IMG/VR virus record: IMGVR_UViG_3300037465_000034
Reading direction: 5' to 3' (one strand)
DNA from: a virus
DNA length: 61,742 bases
Shown: positions 58,785-61,742 of the stretch, piece after piece
How the letters are laid out: every line of letters begins with the position of its first letter
Numbering within the stretch: the first letter of the stretch is position 1
The notes under the pieces: generated by a model
What the model was told of the DNA's origin: nothing
The model's database searches: none
Seen by the model: the letters and a program-made list of their open reading frames with translations, nothing else
Position numbers and translations under genes: made by a program

Positions 58785-59711
58785 ATGAGGGCATTCTACA
58801 ATGAGATCGACGACCACTCTTGCGGCTGGCTCTCGAACCTCATGGACGCCGGGCTCATCACGCCTGGCAAGATAGATGACCGCGACATTCGACTTGTTCG
58901 GCCAGAAGACCTCAGAGGCTACGAGCGCGCCCATTTCTTCGCCGGCATCGGCACCTGGGACTACGCCCTCAACCTCGCCGGCTGGCGCGGGCCAGTCTGG
59001 ACAGGGAGTTGTCCCTGCCAGCCATTCAGCAACGCCGGGCGCCGTGGCGCTTTCGGTGATGAGCGCCATCTCTGGCCGCACTGGCTCGGGATCATCCGCG
59101 AGCAAAGACCTGACGTTATCTTTGGCGAGCAGGTATCGAGCGCGCACGGCCTGGCTTGGATCGACTTTGTTTGCGCTGACCTGGAAGCAGAGGCTTACGC
59201 CGTCGCGGCGCTCGATACCAGCGCAGCGGGCGTCGGCGCACCGCACATCCGCAACCGGCTTTACTTCGTCGCCGACGCCATGCGCCACAGCAGCGCAGAC
59301 TGCTACTTGGCCGACCACCACGGCGAAGGACGGCAACTCGAGCGCGCGGCACGGCTACATGGTGACGGGCAGGGGCGGCAAGACGCTGCTGGATGCGGCG
59401 AGGCTATGCGCGTGGGCCACGCCACTAAACAAGACCAGCCCCCATGCACACTGCGATCTGGCGAGGGAGGCTCCGCTTGCGGCGGCTTCTGGCGCAACGC
59501 CCGCCCCATCTTCTGCAAGGACGGGTTCGTCAGGTTCGCTGAACCCGGCATTTTCCCTATGGTTGATGGCGCTGCCTTCCGAGTGGGTAGTGGCAGCACC
59601 TTGGAAGGCAAGGCGCGCACGAAAATGCTTCAGGCCGCAGGAAATGCCATCGTTGCCACGCAAGCCGCTGAGTTCATAGCGGCATTCATGGAGTGCGATG
59701 AAGTGCGATGA
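58785..59711 (+). CDS. DNA C5-cytosine methyltransferase (central region appears frame-scrambled)
   Basis: Motif I HFFAGIG, motif IV GSCPCQPFS, motif VI FGEQV, motif VIII RNRLYFVA, motif X GNAIV. Alternative ATG at 58701. See the finding for 59280..59485. Confidence 0.8.
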   Translation: MRAFYNEIDDHSCGWLSNLMDAGLITPGKIDDRDIRLVRPEDLRGYERAHFFAGIGTWDYALNLAGWRGPVWTGSCPCQPFSNAGRRGAFGDERHLWPHWLGIIREQRPDVIFGEQVSSAHGLAWIDFVCADLEAEAYAVAALDTSAAGVGAPHIRNRLYFVADAMRHSSADCYLADHHGEGRQLERAARLHGDGQGRQDAAGCGEAMRVGHATKQDQPPCTLRSGEGGSACGGFWRNARPIFCKDGFVRFAEPGIFPMVDGAAFRVGSGSTLEGKARTKMLQAAGNAIVATQAAEFIAAFMECDEVR

Positions 59712-60019
59712 ACACCGCCGAGGGCCATCATGTTAGGCGCGTCGCGCGGCTCGGCTGCGTCGTGTGCCGCCGGGTATTAAGCACCGTCACGCCGGCCGAG
59801 ATGCACCACGTTGCGGAGGGCTCCGGGTTGCGGAGCTGGTTTTCAGTGGCGCCGCTGTGCAGCGAACATCACAGAGGGGCCACCGGGATCCACGGGCTGC
59901 ACGGCGAGTTCATGGCGCGCTACAAGGTGCCGGGGCTCTCGGAATACGGGCTGCTGGTGTGGGTGAACGAAGACCTGGCACTGCTGGACCTCGGCCGGCT
60001 GCGCCCTGCGATCGCGTGA
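59708..60019 (+). CDS. Ref-like HNH-type nuclease (P1 Ref / DUF968-like)
   Basis: HHVRRVARLGCVVC...EMHHV...APLCSEHHRGATGIHGL..F. ATGA overlap. Confidence 0.55.
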   Translation: MNTAEGHHVRRVARLGCVVCRRVLSTVTPAEMHHVAEGSGLRSWFSVAPLCSEHHRGATGIHGLHGEFMARYKVPGLSEYGLLVWVNEDLALLDLGRLRPAIA

Positions 60020-60042
60020 CAACATGACCACAAGGAGGGCAA

Positions 60043-60552
60043 GTGGATCCAACAACAAAAAGGGCTGCAGTCGCCAAGCTGCTTGCCAAGCTCGGAGTCA
60101 GGGAACGCCTCAAGCAGCTCGCACAGGCATATCACGCGCACCAGCTCAGTGCCGATGAGCTAGAACTCGCTCGGGTGCGCGACTACCTGGATGCATGGGT
60201 GCGGCACCAGGAGAAATACCGTCCGCGGCTGGGTCTGCCATCGTCGTCAGCCTTCGCCCCCGCGCTGAGCAACGCGCGCACCGCGAGCGAATACCATGAG
60301 CGGTCTGACGCATGGATGCTGCAGCAGGTCGATGCCGCGGTCGAGGAGGATCTGCCTATCCTCGAGCCGGACGGGCGAGCGATGTGGCTCGCGCTGCGGA
60401 TGCGCTGGCTCAACGTCAAAGTGGGGCCGCGCGTGTTCCGCTCCGGCCGGCTGCGGCACCTGGACCCAGCCGAGGTCGATGATCTGGCAGACGCGGCCGA
60501 ACGCGCCCTGATACCCATGTTCAAGCGGCGGAAGCTGCCCCTGTTGCCTTGA
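60043..60552 (+). CDS. Hypothetical protein in the lambda Q position (possible late-gene regulator)
   Basis: Last gene of the rightward early operon. Function inferred from position only. Confidence 0.4.
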   Translation: MDPTTKRAAVAKLLAKLGVRERLKQLAQAYHAHQLSADELELARVRDYLDAWVRHQEKYRPRLGLPSSSAFAPALSNARTASEYHERSDAWMLQQVDAAVEEDLPILEPDGRAMWLALRMRWLNVKVGPRVFRSGRLRHLDPAEVDDLADAAERALIPMFKRRKLPLLP

Positions 60553-61240
60553 GTGCCGCGCGAAACGTCACGGCGCGCTCGTCAGTGCGAGGCGCTCCCC
60601 AATGTGCGCGCGCCTGTTCGAGTGTGAAATGGCCACGGCAACCGGCATAATAGTATCCATCGGGTGATCGTAGCAGCGCCCACTCATTGCGGGCGAGTTC
60701 GGTCCAGCCATCTGCGATGAGCTGCCCCTCGTCGCGCACGTCGAGCTGCCCCGAGTCGCAGATGTTGAGCTGCGCCGAGCCGCGCACGTTGAGCCGCGCC
60801 GAGCCGCGCACTTTGAGCCGGGCCGAGTCGTGCACGTTGAGCTGCGCCGAGTCGTGCGCGCTGAGTAGCGCCGAGTCGCGCACAATGAGCCACGCCGAGT
60901 CGCGCACGTTGAGTCGCGCCGAGTCGAGCACAATGAGCCGGGCCGAGTCGCTCATGTTGAGCCGCGCCCAGCCGTGCACACTGAGCCGCGCCCAGCCGTG
61001 CACACTGAGCCGGGCCGGGCCGAGCACGCTGAGTATCGCCGATTCGAGCACAATGAGCTGCCCCGATTCGATCACGCTGAGCTGCGCCGAGTCGAGCACA
61101 ATGAGCCGGGCCGATTCGCGCACGTTGAGAGTGCCTACCAGCCCCACGGCGTTCGTGATGAAATGGACGCCCTCGGTGAGCGTCTGCTTGCCGCGTATTT
61201 CGCGTGCTCCGTCGGCAGCGATGGTGTATTGGATGGTCAT
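60521..61240 (-). CDS. Octapeptide-repeat protein, cassette copy 2 (239 aa)
   Basis: ATG at 61240 (MTIQYTIAADG). 17 tandem 8-residue units at residues 38-173. Same C-terminal domain as copy 1. The 3' end overlaps the convergent gene 60043..60552 by 32 nt. Confidence 0.75.
   Translation of the reverse strand: MTIQYTIAADGAREIRGKQTLTEGVHFITNAVGLVGTLNVRESARLIVLDSAQLSVIESGQLIVLESAILSVLGPARLSVHGWARLSVHGWARLNMSDSARLIVLDSARLNVRDSAWLIVRDSALLSAHDSAQLNVHDSARLKVRGSARLNVRGSAQLNICDSGQLDVRDEGQLIADGWTELARNEWALLRSPDGYYYAGCRGHFTLEQARAHWGAPRTDERAVTFRAALKATGAASAA
60722..61129 (-). repeat. 24-bp tandem coding repeat array (17 units) inside 60521..61240
   Basis: Same gccgagtc[gc]NgcacNNtgagNNgc-type unit as at 233..586. 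Confidence 0.85.
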
Positions 61241-61359
61241 GCCGATCCCCCTGTTTCCCCTGTTGCATCGCACCTGAACTCGTAGACAGGCACGACGATG
61301 TTGCGCTCACCGACTGTCACGCGCCGACACAGCGGGCTGTTTGCCGGCCCGTGGACCGG

Positions 61360-61659
61360 TCAAAACGAGCCGGTCCCCAGATACGCTCGCGATATCGCGT
61401 AGTTGACGAGCAGGCGATCTGCACCGACCTGCAAGAGTGTGGCCTGACGGACGATCTTGCCGTCGCGCACAAATGCGATGAGTTCTCCGGTTTTGCGCAC
61501 GACACCCAATCCCTCGGGCGAATCAAAAACCACGTTATCCGGCAACCCGCCGCGGATCGTGTCTGCGAGCACCGCAGTATTGATCCCTATGCCCGCCTTG
61601 AGTGCCTGCGCCTGTGCGGTTCGAATCAGTTGGTCTGTGTCCACGCCGCCTTTTACCAT
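61360..61659 (-). CDS. Hypothetical protein, cassette partner copy 2 (99 aa)
   Basis: ORF track. Its start lies inside the 127-bp terminal repeat (equivalent to position 44) and overlaps the stop of 38..700. Paralog of 725..1225. Confidence 0.6.
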   Translation of the reverse strand: MVKGGVDTDQLIRTAQAQALKAGIGINTAVLADTIRGGLPDNVVFDSPEGLGVVRKTGELIAFVRDGKIVRQATLLQVGADRLLVNYAISRAYLGTGSF

Positions 61660-61742
61660 GCGAGCTCGATCCCCTTGAGTGCCGCGCTAAACGTCACGGC
61701 GCGCTCGTCAGTGCGAGGCGCTCCCCAATGTGCGCGCGCCTG
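61616..61742. repeat. 127-bp terminal direct repeat, identical to 1..127
   Basis: Read directly. Confidence 0.9.

Noticed and set aside
58876-59679. The 267-codon ORF 58876..59679 as an independent gene overlapping the methyltransferase.
   Set aside because: Only its central ~60 codons look coding, and they look like the missing methyltransferase target-recognition segment. The rest is noise. It is better explained as a frame-shifted part of 58785..59711.

Overview
This window is a complete high-G+C phage genome. The first 127 bp are identical to the last 127 bp, so the unique length is 61,615 bp, either circular or terminally redundant. I found no tape-measure, sheath or tail-tube genes, which suggests a podovirus-like virion. 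The regulatory layout is lambdoid.

Layout:
- Early leftward operon, minus strand, about 53626 to 48965: two tiny membrane proteins, RecT, a PD-(D/E)XK exonuclease, a coiled-coil protein and wHTH proteins.
- Early rightward operon, plus strand, 53766 to 60552: Cro-like HTH, an O-like replication initiator with 30-bp iterons inside the gene, a ParB-like plus PAPS-reductase-like pair, two C5 DNA methyltransferases, DUF1367-like, a Ref-like HNH nuclease, and a protein in the lambda Q position.
- Minus-strand accessory cassette that wraps the junction (60521..61742 and 1..1225).
- One long plus-strand late operon, 1884 to 48833: lysis cassette with an embedded o-spanin, TerS/TerL, tail fibre, Maf-like/methyltransferase fusion, portal, scaffold, major capsid, tail proteins, collagen-like fibre, a block of oxygenase/cupin genes, internal virion proteins and one 17.3-kb ORF of 5767 codons.

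Most interesting observations:
1. The giant multi-domain ('polyvalent') virion protein gene carries five Shine-Dalgarno-led small ORFs. All five are in its +1 frame and all sit at module boundaries, exactly where the giant frame loses its codon bias.
2. A tandemly duplicated two-gene module in the Q-to-lysis 'moron' slot encodes proteins built from a strict 8-residue (24-bp) repeat that I cannot place in any family.
3. Enzymes that look like virion-protein modifiers sit beside their likely substrates: a Maf/DUF115-like plus SAM-methyltransferase fusion after a Ser/Ala-rich fibre, a prolyl-hydroxylase-type 2OG oxygenase coupled to a collagen-like fibre, and a cupin/jelly-roll/GNAT block.
4. A DNA-modification island in which one C5-methyltransferase appears to carry compensated frameshifts.

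I saw no integrase, CI-type repressor, rRNA, convincing tRNA or CRISPR array. All functional calls come from motif recognition by eye. No database search was run.
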